Below, one piece after another: positions 47,752 to 58,086 of a stretch of 64,000 nucleotides of DNA. The notes beneath the pieces were generated by a model. The model was not told the origin of the DNA, did no database searches, and saw only the letters and a program-made list of their open reading frames with translations. The position numbers and the translations under genes are program-made. Location: positions 174,220 through 238,219 of the IMG/VR virus record IMGVR_UViG_3300021962_000021. One strand, 5' to 3'. How positions within the stretch are numbered: the stretch's first letter is position 1; each line of letters begins with the position of its first letter.

Positions 47752-50700
47752 ATGGCATCAGCAGAAGAAAAAAAACTACAAGCATTACAGAAGTCCAGAC
47801 AGTTAATGTTGGATAATTTATCTTTAATGAAGCAGACACAAGCTGCTCATAAAGCTGAATATGATGCTGCTGTCGAATATACAAAACAATGGGAATCATA
47901 TTACTCTATAATGAGTGATAATGAAAAGAAAGCATTTGATGCTAGAAAGAAAATGATAGCGGATTATGATAAAGCCGCAAAAGGTATTCAATCAGTAAAT
48001 AAAGGACTTGAAGAAAACGCAAAACAATCCAAAAGAGCAACTCAAGAAGTTCAAAAACAAAAGAAAGCAATTGAGGAATTAAGAAAAGAAACCAAAGCAA
48101 TGGTTAGTGACCAATCTCAGTTAGTTAAGGGATTGGAAAAAATGAACGACGCTTTTAAGGGTACTAGTAAAACGCAGCGTGTAATAAATACCGGATTTGC
48201 TCAACTTGAAGTTTCATTATCAAATGTAAATAAAGCAATTGGTGATGGAAAAAAATTACATCAAGATGAATTAAAAGAAATTCAAAAATACAAACAAGCT
48301 TATAATGATTATTCTACATCAATAGCAGATGTGCAAAGACAAGTTGCAGAAAAAAACATATCAGAAGAACAAGCTATTGAATTGATAAAAAAGCAAAGAG
48401 AAGCATTCAATGATGTATCTAAGGGATTAAAATTAACAACTGAAGAAGGTAAAAAAGTTGCAGCAGAAATTCAGGGAATGGTTTCACATGCCGATGAATT
48501 TGGAAAAAAATTAGAAGGGGTAAATAAAAAGGCTGCAAACATAAAATCAGGTTTTGAAGAAATAAAAGGACAAATTGGAGGAATGCTACCAATGGGTAAG
48601 GAACTATTGGATGTATTTAGTAAATTTGGTAAAGTTGGATTTGCAGGAGCACTTGCAGCATTAGGCGCAGCAGCTGGTAAATTTTTAAACGAAAGTGGTT
48701 TACTTAAAAAAGCATTACCTGGTATTAAAGACCGTTTGGATATTGAACAAGAGGGTAAGAGAGCAACATTTAATGAAGTTACTCAACCTTTACAAAGACT
48801 AGAATTTCAAACTGATGAAAAGTTTAAGAAAAAGTCATTTGCATTAGACCAACAATATGAAGCCAAAAGACATGGCATAACAATGGCTAATAAACAAAAA
48901 GAGTCAGCAATGACCTTTAAGAGTGAGGCTAGTATGGCATATTTTGGTAAAGCACTTCCTAATCTTGGATTTGCAGCAAATGAATTACAAAATGCAGGAA
49001 TTAGTGCGGATAATATTGCAGGAGCATCGGTGACCATTGCATCTCAAATGGGTGTGGGTGGAAAACAATCAGCAATATTGGGTGCTGAAATGGCAACATT
49101 TGCTAAATTTGCAGGAATAGGTGCAGAAGAAGCAACCGGTATATCCGAATCATTCAAATTAATGGATGGTGTGACTGCAGATACGGCAGCAAATATGATG
49201 CAAGGTGTTAAGGCAATGGCAGAACAATTAGACCTTAACCCAGGAGCAGTAATGAAAGAAATGGCTAATGCAAGTGAAATTGCATTAGAAATGAATATAA
49301 ATAGTGGAAAGGCATTAGCAAAGCAGGTATCATACGCATCTTCATTGGGCGTATCGTTCTCAAAGATAGCTAAAGCAGGACAAAGTATGGTATTGAACTA
49401 TAAGGATAGTATCAAAAAAGAAATGCAACTATCCGCTTTATTGGGTAAGCAAGTTGACCTTTCCGAAGTAAGAGCTAAATTTGCAGAAGGTGATACAACC
49501 GGTGCAATGCAGGCATTACAAGCACAAGGTTTAGACCCGGCTCAAATGGATATGTTCCAAAAGCAAGCATTGCAAGAGGCAACGGGTATGGATTTAGGTG
49601 AACTAACAAAGATTGGTAAAGGAGGTGGAAAATCAGCCGAAGCTTTGGATTCTGCTGCAAATAAAATAGATAAAGCAAGTATACATGCTGCAAATAAACA
49701 CCTTTTAGCAGCAGAAACTGCAAGACAGATATCTTTGGAAAATCAACAATTTGCATTACAACAGGCGGCAGCAGCAGCAAATTTCCAATTGCAATTAGAA
49801 CAAGATAAAGAACAATTTGAATTAGACCAGCAAAAAGCAAAGGAACAATTTGAAAACGATTTATCATTCGATAGAAAAAGACAAGAAATCGAATTACAAC
49901 AAGAGTTAGCCACTTTAGGAAATACTATACTTACACAACTTATCCCTGCATTATTAGCATTTGGTGCCGGTGGTGGATTTAGTGCATTGGGAGATTTGGT
50001 TGATATGATACCAGGCAAAAAAGGTAAAAAAGGTGGAAGAAGTAGGAGTAGAACAAATACAAATAAACAAAGTTCGGCTCAAAGAAGAAACACTGCAATG
50101 CAATCAAGACCGGCGCCTGCAACAGGTGGACCTGCATCAGCAACACCTGCGGCACCACCAACAAGAGCACAACAAGTTGCACAGATGAAGGCTCAGAATC
50201 CTGGTATGACATCGCAGCAAGCATTACAACAAGTTAAAGCTGCACCCGCAGGTGGTGCACCAAGCGGACCTGCGGCAGCTGCACCAAAACCAACCGGTGG
50301 AGGTGGAGGAGGGGCAGTTCCAAAACCAGCTGCAGCACCTGCGCCAAAATTAGCAGCACCTGCGGCACCATCTGTTCCACCTGCACCAAAAATCCCTGCA
50401 GCCGCACCTATTTCAACTCCTAAAATGAGTTTTTGGGATAAATTAAATCCTAAAAAATTCTTAGGTAATGTTATAGGTAAATCTGGTGGTGTATTAAAAG
50501 TATTGGGTTCGGTGGCCGGAAAAGTAGCAGGACCATTAGGAACTGCATTGGCAGGATTTAGTATGTATAAAGACCTTTCAGCATTGGTAACAATGAATGA
50601 AGGACCTTTGCCAGATTTATATAAAAATGTGGGTGGTAGTGTTATGGGATTGGTTGGTTCAATATTGGGTGGTGCACTTGGCGGAACATTTTTAGGACCT

Positions 50701-51438
50701 ATTGGAGCAATGTTAGGTAGTACACTTGGTTCGACCGTTTTTGGTTGGTTGGGTGATTTATTTCCGGGAGTTCCAACATTTTTAGGAGAATTTTTAGTTG
50801 ATACTTTGGGGTTATTTGGTAAACCGGGTTCAGCAGTTCCACAAACTACAGCCGGTGGCGGTGGCGGAGCTGCATCTGCACCATCAGCAGCAGGAACAAC
50901 ATCAAAAGCAACGGCAATTGTGGGAACTAGTCAAGCAGTTAAAGCAGCTGCAGCACCAACCGCAGCACCTGCAGGCGGTGGTACACCTGCATCTACACCG
51001 GCGCCAGCTGGCGGCGGAGCAAAAGTAGCTAGTCCTGGAGCAACAGGTACATCAACAAAGGGTTCTGCATTAGCAGGGGGAATGACCGGTATGTTAATGG
51101 GTGTTCAACTTCAAAAAATATTCGGACCAACAAATACTAAGACAGAAGGATTTATAGACCAAGCAAAAGTTGATTCTGCAAAACAAACTGCAGCAATTAT
51201 GCTACAGACGAAAACTATTACAAATTCTAAAGGATTACCAACGCAAAATACGGCAATGCAAGAACAACTCAATGATTTGATAAAAATAATGGCTACAGCA
51301 TATGGTAATCAAAGTGGAGAAGTAACAATTATGTTAGATGGTAGAAAAGTATCTAGAACGATAAATAAAGTAAATTCGAACAATAATCTAACGGGTGGTG
51401 ATAAGGGTGATAATGGTGGTAAAGGTGGTCCTGTATAA
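47752..51438 (+). CDS. Tape measure protein
   Basis: Long Ala/Gln/Lys helical protein after tube and chaperone; Gly-rich hydrophobic segments; C-terminal IMLDGRKV. Confidence 0.85.
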   Translation: MASAEEKKLQALQKSRQLMLDNLSLMKQTQAAHKAEYDAAVEYTKQWESYYSIMSDNEKKAFDARKKMIADYDKAAKGIQSVNKGLEENAKQSKRATQEVQKQKKAIEELRKETKAMVSDQSQLVKGLEKMNDAFKGTSKTQRVINTGFAQLEVSLSNVNKAIGDGKKLHQDELKEIQKYKQAYNDYSTSIADVQRQVAEKNISEEQAIELIKKQREAFNDVSKGLKLTTEEGKKVAAEIQGMVSHADEFGKKLEGVNKKAANIKSGFEEIKGQIGGMLPMGKELLDVFSKFGKVGFAGALAALGAAAGKFLNESGLLKKALPGIKDRLDIEQEGKRATFNEVTQPLQRLEFQTDEKFKKKSFALDQQYEAKRHGITMANKQKESAMTFKSEASMAYFGKALPNLGFAANELQNAGISADNIAGASVTIASQMGVGGKQSAILGAEMATFAKFAGIGAEEATGISESFKLMDGVTADTAANMMQGVKAMAEQLDLNPGAVMKEMANASEIALEMNINSGKALAKQVSYASSLGVSFSKIAKAGQSMVLNYKDSIKKEMQLSALLGKQVDLSEVRAKFAEGDTTGAMQALQAQGLDPAQMDMFQKQALQEATGMDLGELTKIGKGGGKSAEALDSAANKIDKASIHAANKHLLAAETARQISLENQQFALQQAAAAANFQLQLEQDKEQFELDQQKAKEQFENDLSFDRKRQEIELQQELATLGNTILTQLIPALLAFGAGGGFSALGDLVDMIPGKKGKKGGRSRSRTNTNKQSSAQRRNTAMQSRPAPATGGPASATPAAPPTRAQQVAQMKAQNPGMTSQQALQQVKAAPAGGAPSGPAAAAPKPTGGGGGGAVPKPAAAPAPKLAAPAAPSVPPAPKIPAAAPISTPKMSFWDKLNPKKFLGNVIGKSGGVLKVLGSVAGKVAGPLGTALAGFSMYKDLSALVTMNEGPLPDLYKNVGGSVMGLVGSILGGALGGTFLGPIGAMLGSTLGSTVFGWLGDLFPGVPTFLGEFLVDTLGLFGKPGSAVPQTTAGGGGGAASAPSAAGTTSKATAIVGTSQAVKAAAAPTAAPAGGGTPASTPAPAGGGAKVASPGATGTSTKGSALAGGMTGMLMGVQLQKIFGPTNTKTEGFIDQAKVDSAKQTAAIMLQTKTITNSKGLPTQNTAMQEQLNDLIKIMATAYGNQSGEVTIMLDGRKVSRTINKVNSNNNLTGGDKGDNGGKGGPV

Positions 51439-51463
51439 TATTATCACAATTTTTCTATTAGAA

Positions 51464-51471
51464 TATTTATA
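51464..51471 (+). promoter_or_regulatory. Putative late promoter motif TATTTATA inside an inverted repeat
   Basis: Exact motif flanked by TTTTCTATT (51451) and AATAGAAAA (51475). Confidence 0.6.
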
Positions 51472-51488
51472 GTAAATAGAAAACAATA

Positions 51489-52877
51489 ATGGCCACAATC
51501 CAAGACTTATTTAAAGAGCAAAAAAAAGACTTATACGGTTTAGCCGGAACGGTTTTGATTGAAAGTAGAGGTATAATCAATGCACCAAGAGGTGCTGCTT
51601 TACTTACTTCTTCACCGGATGCGTTGGCCGACCTTATCGGTAATCAAATAGGTGGAGCATTTGGTGGAAATCCTAATAGAGTTTCTGATACTATTTTTAG
51701 AAAACCAAAAGGTGTAAGAACAAAACCAGTAACCTTACCCGCAGTAACACAGGCATTGTTAAGGGATTCCGTTGAAGCAAATACCAAATATTATATAAAA
51801 CAATCTCCTGCACCCGATTCTATAATTGGAAAAATAAAACAAGGAGGTAGTAACCCATTAGGAGCAGCTGCAGCATTGGCAGCGGGGGCATTAAATACAT
51901 TTGGTAGTAAAAAAGGAATTAACAGATTAAAAGAAAAATTAAAATTTAAAAAAGCGGATGCAGGTAAATCTTATGGTCCACAATGGACTGCAGAAGATTT
52001 AGGAAGTTCTAAATTAAGAAACGAAGATTATATTTTTAGTAAATATGAACCCGTATATGGAACAGATTCGGTACCCAATACAGGTAAAACCAGACCAGAA
52101 GAATTAGCACAGGTAGGAATAACGGAAAGAGATATAACTAGAACATATGATACAGCAAATGATGCCATAAATTCAACTGTTATTGTTTATGATGATAAGT
52201 TGGATAATTGGAAAAAAGATAATAATAAAGCTGGAATCGTAAGTGTTACCATCAAACCATATGGTAAAGATTATAATATACTTTTACCAGGAAGTATTAG
52301 TGGGATATCAGAAGATTTTGCTAACGAAGTAAATAGTTTTAAATATGTGGGGTCACCATTCAATACATACAGATATTCGGGAATAGAAAGAAATATAAAA
52401 TTTGAATTAAAATTATATTACACAAACGAAACGGAAAAAATAACAATGATTACAAAAATTAATTCTTTAAAAGAATTAATGTTTCCATATGATGAACTTT
52501 CAACAATGACTTATGCGGATAGCAAAACTTCTCAAATTGCATTTAGTCCAAACCTTATTTATTTAACAATAGATGGTTATTATAAAAATGTATTTGGTAT
52601 TATGGATACTTTATCCGTTAATATAGATGATAATGCATCTTGGGCATTGAATGATTTCGAAGAAGATTCTAAAGACAAAGCATATCCTACGGTCGTTAAT
52701 ATTAGTTTTGGTATGAAAGTTATCGAAAATCCAACGGTTGAAACAAAAGGAAAGATAAGTAGATTTAAATATAATTTTGACGGTAACGAAATAAAAACAG
52801 CTTCAACTCTTGATTTTGAAAAAAAGAAAGAAGCAGCAAAACAATTATTGGATAATTTAAAATTATTTTATACATAA
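51489..52877 (+). CDS. Baseplate/tail-tube initiator-like protein
   Basis: Tube-fold-like C-terminal half (ISEDF...YVG....YRYSGIERNIKFEL...PNLIYLTID...W); follows the tape measure gene. Confidence 0.6.
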   Translation: MATIQDLFKEQKKDLYGLAGTVLIESRGIINAPRGAALLTSSPDALADLIGNQIGGAFGGNPNRVSDTIFRKPKGVRTKPVTLPAVTQALLRDSVEANTKYYIKQSPAPDSIIGKIKQGGSNPLGAAAALAAGALNTFGSKKGINRLKEKLKFKKADAGKSYGPQWTAEDLGSSKLRNEDYIFSKYEPVYGTDSVPNTGKTRPEELAQVGITERDITRTYDTANDAINSTVIVYDDKLDNWKKDNNKAGIVSVTIKPYGKDYNILLPGSISGISEDFANEVNSFKYVGSPFNTYRYSGIERNIKFELKLYYTNETEKITMITKINSLKELMFPYDELSTMTYADSKTSQIAFSPNLIYLTIDGYYKNVFGIMDTLSVNIDDNASWALNDFEEDSKDKAYPTVVNISFGMKVIENPTVETKGKISRFKYNFDGNEIKTASTLDFEKKKEAAKQLLDNLKLFYT

Positions 52878-52886
52878 TAAAATTAA

Positions 52887-53186
52887 ATGGCAAATAGATA
52901 CATTTATACAAATATAAAAGAAACTAAAGGTAAAAAAAGATATATGGAATCTACTATATATCCAAAAGTTTTTCCTGATGATAACGATATATACATAATT
53001 ACCGAACAAGGTGATAGATTGGATTTATTGGCGGACAAATATTATAAAAACCCATCTATGTGGTGGATTATAGCAACTGCTAATAATATAAATGATGCAA
53101 ATTTTTATGTTGAGGCCGGCATACAATTGAGAATACCGTCAAATGTTGCAAAGATTTTAAACGATTTACAAAAAATAAATAAATAA
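52887..53186 (+). CDS. LysM-like baseplate protein (gp53/tail X-like)
   Basis: GDRLDLLADKYYKNPSMWWIIATANN...GIQLRIP. Confidence 0.85.
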   Translation: MANRYIYTNIKETKGKKRYMESTIYPKVFPDDNDIYIITEQGDRLDLLADKYYKNPSMWWIIATANNINDANFYVEAGIQLRIPSNVAKILNDLQKINK

Positions 53187-53191
53187 GTTAT

Positions 53192-55546
53192 ATGGGATTT
53201 CCGTATTTAGCACCACTAAAACCTTGGATAAAGGATATTTTAGAAGAAAGAGAATTAAATAAAAATTTAAAACATATTTCTTCACCGTTTATTGTTTTAA
53301 CAAGTGGTGCAAAAGTAGTAAAATCAAAACCCTATAAAAGTGCCGAAGAAAAAGAGAATGCACTTAAAGAAATACTACAAACCGATACGGCAGCAATGTA
53401 TCATGGGTGTATTATAACAAACCAATCTGACCCAAAAATGTTATATGAAACGAATGAAACATCAATAGGATATGATTTTAAAGGTAAAAAAATTATCGTA
53501 GAAGGTGAAACAAATAGAAGAGTTTCACCACCAATTATAGAGGGATTGGATATAGATACCGATGGTTCGAATAATACTTTAAAATCGGCAAAACTTACTA
53601 TCAAATGTTTTACTTTGAAACAACTTGAAATGTTTGAAGTATTTTTTCTAAAAGCAGGAATGAATTTATTGGTAGAATATGGTGATAATTCGTTAGATAG
53701 AAGAACGGATATAAAACAAAAAAATGAATCTGAAAAAATTCCTGTGTTTGATAGAATACAAAGAAGTGGAAAAATTTCAGATGGAGATTATTTTAATAGA
53801 ATCCAAGATGCATTAATTGATAAAAAAGATTATAAGAGTTTTACAGAAGGATTTTCTGATTATTTTAGAGCAACAACGGATTCTTTATCTGTATATTTAG
53901 GTAAACTTCGTAGAACTTTGGGAACATATGATTTGGTGGCGGGGAAAGTTACGGATTTTAACTTTGAAGTAGATGAATCCGGAATATACACCGTTAATTT
54001 AACCATATCACAGGGAAATCAAATGACATTGGCAATACCGCTTAACCAAAAAAGTGGACAAAATTCAAATACATATTCACCACCACCGCCTGGTACAACG
54101 GTATATGAACAATATTTGGAAACCATATCAGTTGATTTAAACTTACCAGAATTAAAACCAACAATGGCGCCAGAAGCTAAATGGAAAAATCATCTTTTTA
54201 ATTTTGGTAAACTTAATGAAAAACAATCTGACACGGCAACATCAAATAAACCATATATTTCATTGCATTTTATAATTGAAATATTGATGAATTATATTAT
54301 CAATACCAATGGAAATATTGATACAAAAACATTTAGATTTGATATACCCGAGTATTACAAAGATGAAACTCTAAAACAACCAATACAATGTATTCCTATA
54401 TTTTATCACAAAAATATAATTTCTTCGAATGAAGATGTTGTATTTCCGAACAAAACAATGGCTAGCATTTCCGTTGTTAAATCGGATAAAACGCAAATTT
54501 CATTTATTACAGATACTACAATAGATGGAAGTATTGGTAGTGGCAACAGTAAAATAGAATTGAGGTTAATGGATGGAACAACTCCTGTAAATGATTTATG
54601 GACACCTGATGGAATAAAAATACCAAAAGTGGATAAAAATAATACGGATATGGTTTTTGGTAATGCTGCAAATATTTTTCTAAACTATATTAGAGTTGTA
54701 GAAATGTGGCAAAAATCAGGAACAAGAAAAGAATTTTTGTTTAAGGTATTAAATATGATAAATGATGCGGGATATGGATTTTATACTTTAATTTATGGAA
54801 ATATAAAAGATGGTTCATTGGGAGATAATGCAACTATATTAGATGCAAGGGGTGGAACATTTGGTGCAGTTGCAAAGAGCGATATTTATAGATTTAAACC
54901 GGGTACAATTAAATCAAATGTAAGAAACTTTTCTTTTAATTTTGAATTAAGTGATTTGGTGGCAGGAAGGACGGTTTTTAATGCACAAACAACTCTGATG
55001 GCCGCAGCAAAGAAAAAAACAAAAGAAGAAGTTAAAAAATTAGAACTTCCCGTAGAAGCTTATAAAAGTATAGATTTTTCTTTATATACAAACGCAGATG
55101 GATATTATTCTATAAATCAAATTGATTATTTATCTATTAATAAAACTTGGAAAGAGATAACGGCAAAACCAACAGGCCAAGTAGACCCTAACGCTGAAAA
55201 GCAAGATAATGAGGCTCAAAACTTATCTGAAATTATAAAATCAAAATCAACAAAATTCAAAAAAGAAAATGGTAATATAACTTTGGTATATAAGGATAAT
55301 GATTTTTTAAGAGCTAAAATGAATGCTAGTATTAAACCAAAAAGCACATTGGCACCAATTGATATTACATTGGAAATAGATGGGTTATCTGGATTAAGTT
55401 GTGGTGAATATTTTGAAGTAGATGGTGTTCCAGAAATTTATAATCAAACGGGGGTATTTCAAATAACAAATACAAAACACAATATTTCATCTGAAGGTTG
55501 GAAAACAACAATAGAAGCTGGATATAGAATTGTAAAAAAAGAGTAA
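53192..55546 (+). CDS. Putative baseplate hub protein
   Basis: C-terminal LEIDGLSGL..GEYF.VDGVP..Y...GVFQITN.KHNI...GWKTTIEA typical of hub proteins; baseplate context. Confidence 0.6.
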   Translation: MGFPYLAPLKPWIKDILEERELNKNLKHISSPFIVLTSGAKVVKSKPYKSAEEKENALKEILQTDTAAMYHGCIITNQSDPKMLYETNETSIGYDFKGKKIIVEGETNRRVSPPIIEGLDIDTDGSNNTLKSAKLTIKCFTLKQLEMFEVFFLKAGMNLLVEYGDNSLDRRTDIKQKNESEKIPVFDRIQRSGKISDGDYFNRIQDALIDKKDYKSFTEGFSDYFRATTDSLSVYLGKLRRTLGTYDLVAGKVTDFNFEVDESGIYTVNLTISQGNQMTLAIPLNQKSGQNSNTYSPPPPGTTVYEQYLETISVDLNLPELKPTMAPEAKWKNHLFNFGKLNEKQSDTATSNKPYISLHFIIEILMNYIINTNGNIDTKTFRFDIPEYYKDETLKQPIQCIPIFYHKNIISSNEDVVFPNKTMASISVVKSDKTQISFITDTTIDGSIGSGNSKIELRLMDGTTPVNDLWTPDGIKIPKVDKNNTDMVFGNAANIFLNYIRVVEMWQKSGTRKEFLFKVLNMINDAGYGFYTLIYGNIKDGSLGDNATILDARGGTFGAVAKSDIYRFKPGTIKSNVRNFSFNFELSDLVAGRTVFNAQTTLMAAAKKKTKEEVKKLELPVEAYKSIDFSLYTNADGYYSINQIDYLSINKTWKEITAKPTGQVDPNAEKQDNEAQNLSEIIKSKSTKFKKENGNITLVYKDNDFLRAKMNASIKPKSTLAPIDITLEIDGLSGLSCGEYFEVDGVPEIYNQTGVFQITNTKHNISSEGWKTTIEAGYRIVKKE

Positions 55547-55547
55547 T

Positions 55548-55922
55548 ATGTATTCTAAATTAAAAGACATAGAAAAATTTAATATTAAGAATCCTAAAAA
55601 CTTCATACCAACTCCATCGGATGCCGATTATCAAATAGGATTCATAAGGAGATATTTTGTCACAAAAACATCCGATATGGCTGGATTTGTATACGAAGTA
55701 AACTTTAATGATTATGAGAATTATTTAGAAAGTCCACATTTCATATGTGTTGATTTAAAATGGAGAATTAGAGGACCACTAACTATTACATATAAACCAA
55801 ATGGTGAAATTAATGATAGGGGTGTATCAAATTCAAATAAAGCAGCAATATCGTTGGCATCGCAAAAATTAAAAAACATTGGTTTGTATTTACCAAATCT
55901 TTTACAATTTTACAAAGGGTGA
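55548..55922 (+). CDS. Hypothetical phage protein
   Basis: PTPSDADYQIGFIRRYF...LKWRIRGP...L.QFY; ends the baseplate operon. Confidence 0.6.
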   Translation: MYSKLKDIEKFNIKNPKNFIPTPSDADYQIGFIRRYFVTKTSDMAGFVYEVNFNDYENYLESPHFICVDLKWRIRGPLTITYKPNGEINDRGVSNSNKAAISLASQKLKNIGLYLPNLLQFYKG

Positions 55923-55938
55923 TAAAAATCATATAGAA

Positions 55939-55970
55939 TTTGGAAAAATAAAAATAAAATCGTATATTTA
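55939..55970 (+). promoter_or_regulatory. Putative Bacteroidota-type sigma-A promoter
   Basis: TTTG at 55939, 20-nt spacer, TATATTTA at 55963. Confidence 0.65.
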
Positions 55971-55986
55971 ATTATAAACAGTTATT

Positions 55987-56763
55987 ATGAGCAAATACAA
56001 ACATCTTACGGATTTAGAAATCCAACAAATGACATTTGATTGGAGATACAGAGGATTTACAACTTTAGAATTACTTACCGAAGCAGAATGTGATGAACTT
56101 AATGCAGAATTGGACAGAATCAGACGTGAAAGAAATGAAGCTGAGGCTGGAAAATGGCAAGAGTTCGAACCATTGATGCACCCACATAAAGTATCGGATT
56201 TATGTGAAAAAGTTTGGGCACATCCAAAATTGATTGAAGCATGTGAGTTTTTAATGGAAGGTGATATTGTGGGTATGCAAACATGGGCATATTTTAAACC
56301 AAAAGGCGAATTGGGTAGAGACCAGCACCAAAATGGATTCTACACAGGTTGTGGACATAATGAAATTATTAATACAGCATTGGCATTGGATAATCACGAC
56401 CCTGAAAATGGTTCGGTATGGAACTATGAAGGTTCGCATAGATTACCAGTTTTACCAATTGAAGATAATGAAGAAAGAAAAGCAACTAACACATTAAATT
56501 GGAGAAGTGAGAGAGGTAAGAGTTGTGTAATGCCAGAAGGACATGATTTCCGTAAAATTCCTGGTGTTTTAAAGAAAGGACAAGTTGCATTATTGCATTC
56601 ACATGTTGTGCATGGTTCCGACCCTAATAAAGATACAACTAGAATGAGAAGAAATTTCTTAGGTGGGTATTTAAAGAAGGGTGCATATTTTAATCCAGGT
56701 AATCAAATGAAAAGAGAACCGGTTGACCTTTATGAAATGAGAAAAAAACATTGGGGAGAATAA
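55987..56763 (+). CDS. PhyH-family Fe(II)/2-oxoglutarate dioxygenase
   Basis: YFKPKG, HQN (HxD variant), ALD...ENG....GSH, VHGS..N...R. Confidence 0.85.
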   Translation: MSKYKHLTDLEIQQMTFDWRYRGFTTLELLTEAECDELNAELDRIRRERNEAEAGKWQEFEPLMHPHKVSDLCEKVWAHPKLIEACEFLMEGDIVGMQTWAYFKPKGELGRDQHQNGFYTGCGHNEIINTALALDNHDPENGSVWNYEGSHRLPVLPIEDNEERKATNTLNWRSERGKSCVMPEGHDFRKIPGVLKKGQVALLHSHVVHGSDPNKDTTRMRRNFLGGYLKKGAYFNPGNQMKREPVDLYEMRKKHWGE

Positions 56764-56764
56764 T

Positions 56765-56795
56765 TTTGTAATCCCAAATATTTTTAGTATATTGG
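56765..56795 (+). promoter_or_regulatory. Putative Bacteroidota-type sigma-A promoter
   Basis: TTTG at 56765, 19-nt spacer, TATATTGG at 56788. Confidence 0.55.
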
Positions 56796-56801
56796 TAGGG
56801 T

Positions 56802-58079
56802 ATGATGAATCTGATAGAAGATAAATCTACCCTACTTTCTTTTTTAAAGGGTGGAACAAAATTAAAATTATTTATACCCGTATGGAGTTCTCACAAAGCA
56901 CATCCAATGGGTACTCGTATATCGTTTGTATATTACCGAACTGAAGAAGGTGATGGTATTATTAATTTTAATCATATAGATGCAAATAAAGTTAAAAACT
57001 TTTTTATTCCAGAATTGATTAGTGCTGATACTGTTGTTTTGGATAGTAGGTATGTAAGCAAATGTGGATACGATTTTGAGTGGTTATATTTTGAGGAATA
57101 CGGAAAACCATTCCTATTCAATGAGTTCGCACAATCGCTTTATAAGGGGTATAGAAATGATTTTAAAGAGTTAAATGATTGTATACCCTTAATGAAGTGG
57201 TATGAGTTGTTAAAAACCTTACCAAATCTGACACTTAAAACGGAAGTTAATAAAAGATATTCATCAGCAATCCAAACATTGGGAAGGTTGGAAGGGGCTG
57301 GGGTAAAAGTCGATAGAGAAAAATTTATTGATAGTTTTAATTATCCCGAGCAATACCTCCACAAAAACGATAGGGTATACACACAATACAATCCATACAC
57401 AATAACGGGTAGACCTTCCAATAGACATATGGGTATAAACTACTCTGCCCTTAACAAATCCGATGGTAGTAGAGAGTGTTTCACAAGTAGACATCCCGAA
57501 GGAACTTTATTACAATTCGATTACGAATCATATCACATTAGATTGATTGCCGGATTGATTGGATATAAGTTTCCGGAGGATATCACCGCTCACCAACACC
57601 TTGCAAACCTTTACGGTCTACCATATGAGGAAGCAAAGTTATTGACTTTCCGATATCTTTATGGGGGATTAGATGATGAAGCAAGAAAGATTGATTTCTT
57701 TCAAAAAGTAGATGAATACATCAAATCGGTTTACCAAAAGTTCATAATCACCGGCCGGCTAACGACACCTCTCTATAAGAGGGAAATTCATTTCGGAAGA
57801 ATCGAAGGTGCAACTGAACAAAAGGTATTTTCTTACCTATTACAAGCGTTGGAAACTGAAGTGAATTACATCAAAATTAAAGAGGTATTAGATTATTTAG
57901 ACCAAACAGGTAAAATGAGTAAGATGGTTTTATACACTTATGATGCGTTTTTAATTGATACTCACCCCGTCGAAAGAGAAAAAGTAATGGAGAATGTGAA
58001 AAATATAATGGAGAAGGGTGGGTTCCCTGTCCGAAGTTACGAAGGAACTAATTACAACAATTTAGAGGTTATTAGTTAA
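56802..58079 (+). CDS. Small family A DNA polymerase-like protein
   Basis: TGRPS, motif A FDYESYHIRL, motif B AKLLTFRYLYG, LQ, motif C YTYDAFL. Confidence 0.85.
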   Translation: MMNLIEDKSTLLSFLKGGTKLKLFIPVWSSHKAHPMGTRISFVYYRTEEGDGIINFNHIDANKVKNFFIPELISADTVVLDSRYVSKCGYDFEWLYFEEYGKPFLFNEFAQSLYKGYRNDFKELNDCIPLMKWYELLKTLPNLTLKTEVNKRYSSAIQTLGRLEGAGVKVDREKFIDSFNYPEQYLHKNDRVYTQYNPYTITGRPSNRHMGINYSALNKSDGSRECFTSRHPEGTLLQFDYESYHIRLIAGLIGYKFPEDITAHQHLANLYGLPYEEAKLLTFRYLYGGLDDEARKIDFFQKVDEYIKSVYQKFIITGRLTTPLYKREIHFGRIEGATEQKVFSYLLQALETEVNYIKIKEVLDYLDQTGKMSKMVLYTYDAFLIDTHPVEREKVMENVKNIMEKGGFPVRSYEGTNYNNLEVIS

Positions 58080-58086
58080 AAAATTA

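Noticed and set aside
13485-56497. Nested alternative-frame + strand ORFs (13485, 41284, 42980, 50798, 56261)
   Set aside because: Each lies wholly inside a longer gene with clear motifs and has no independent support
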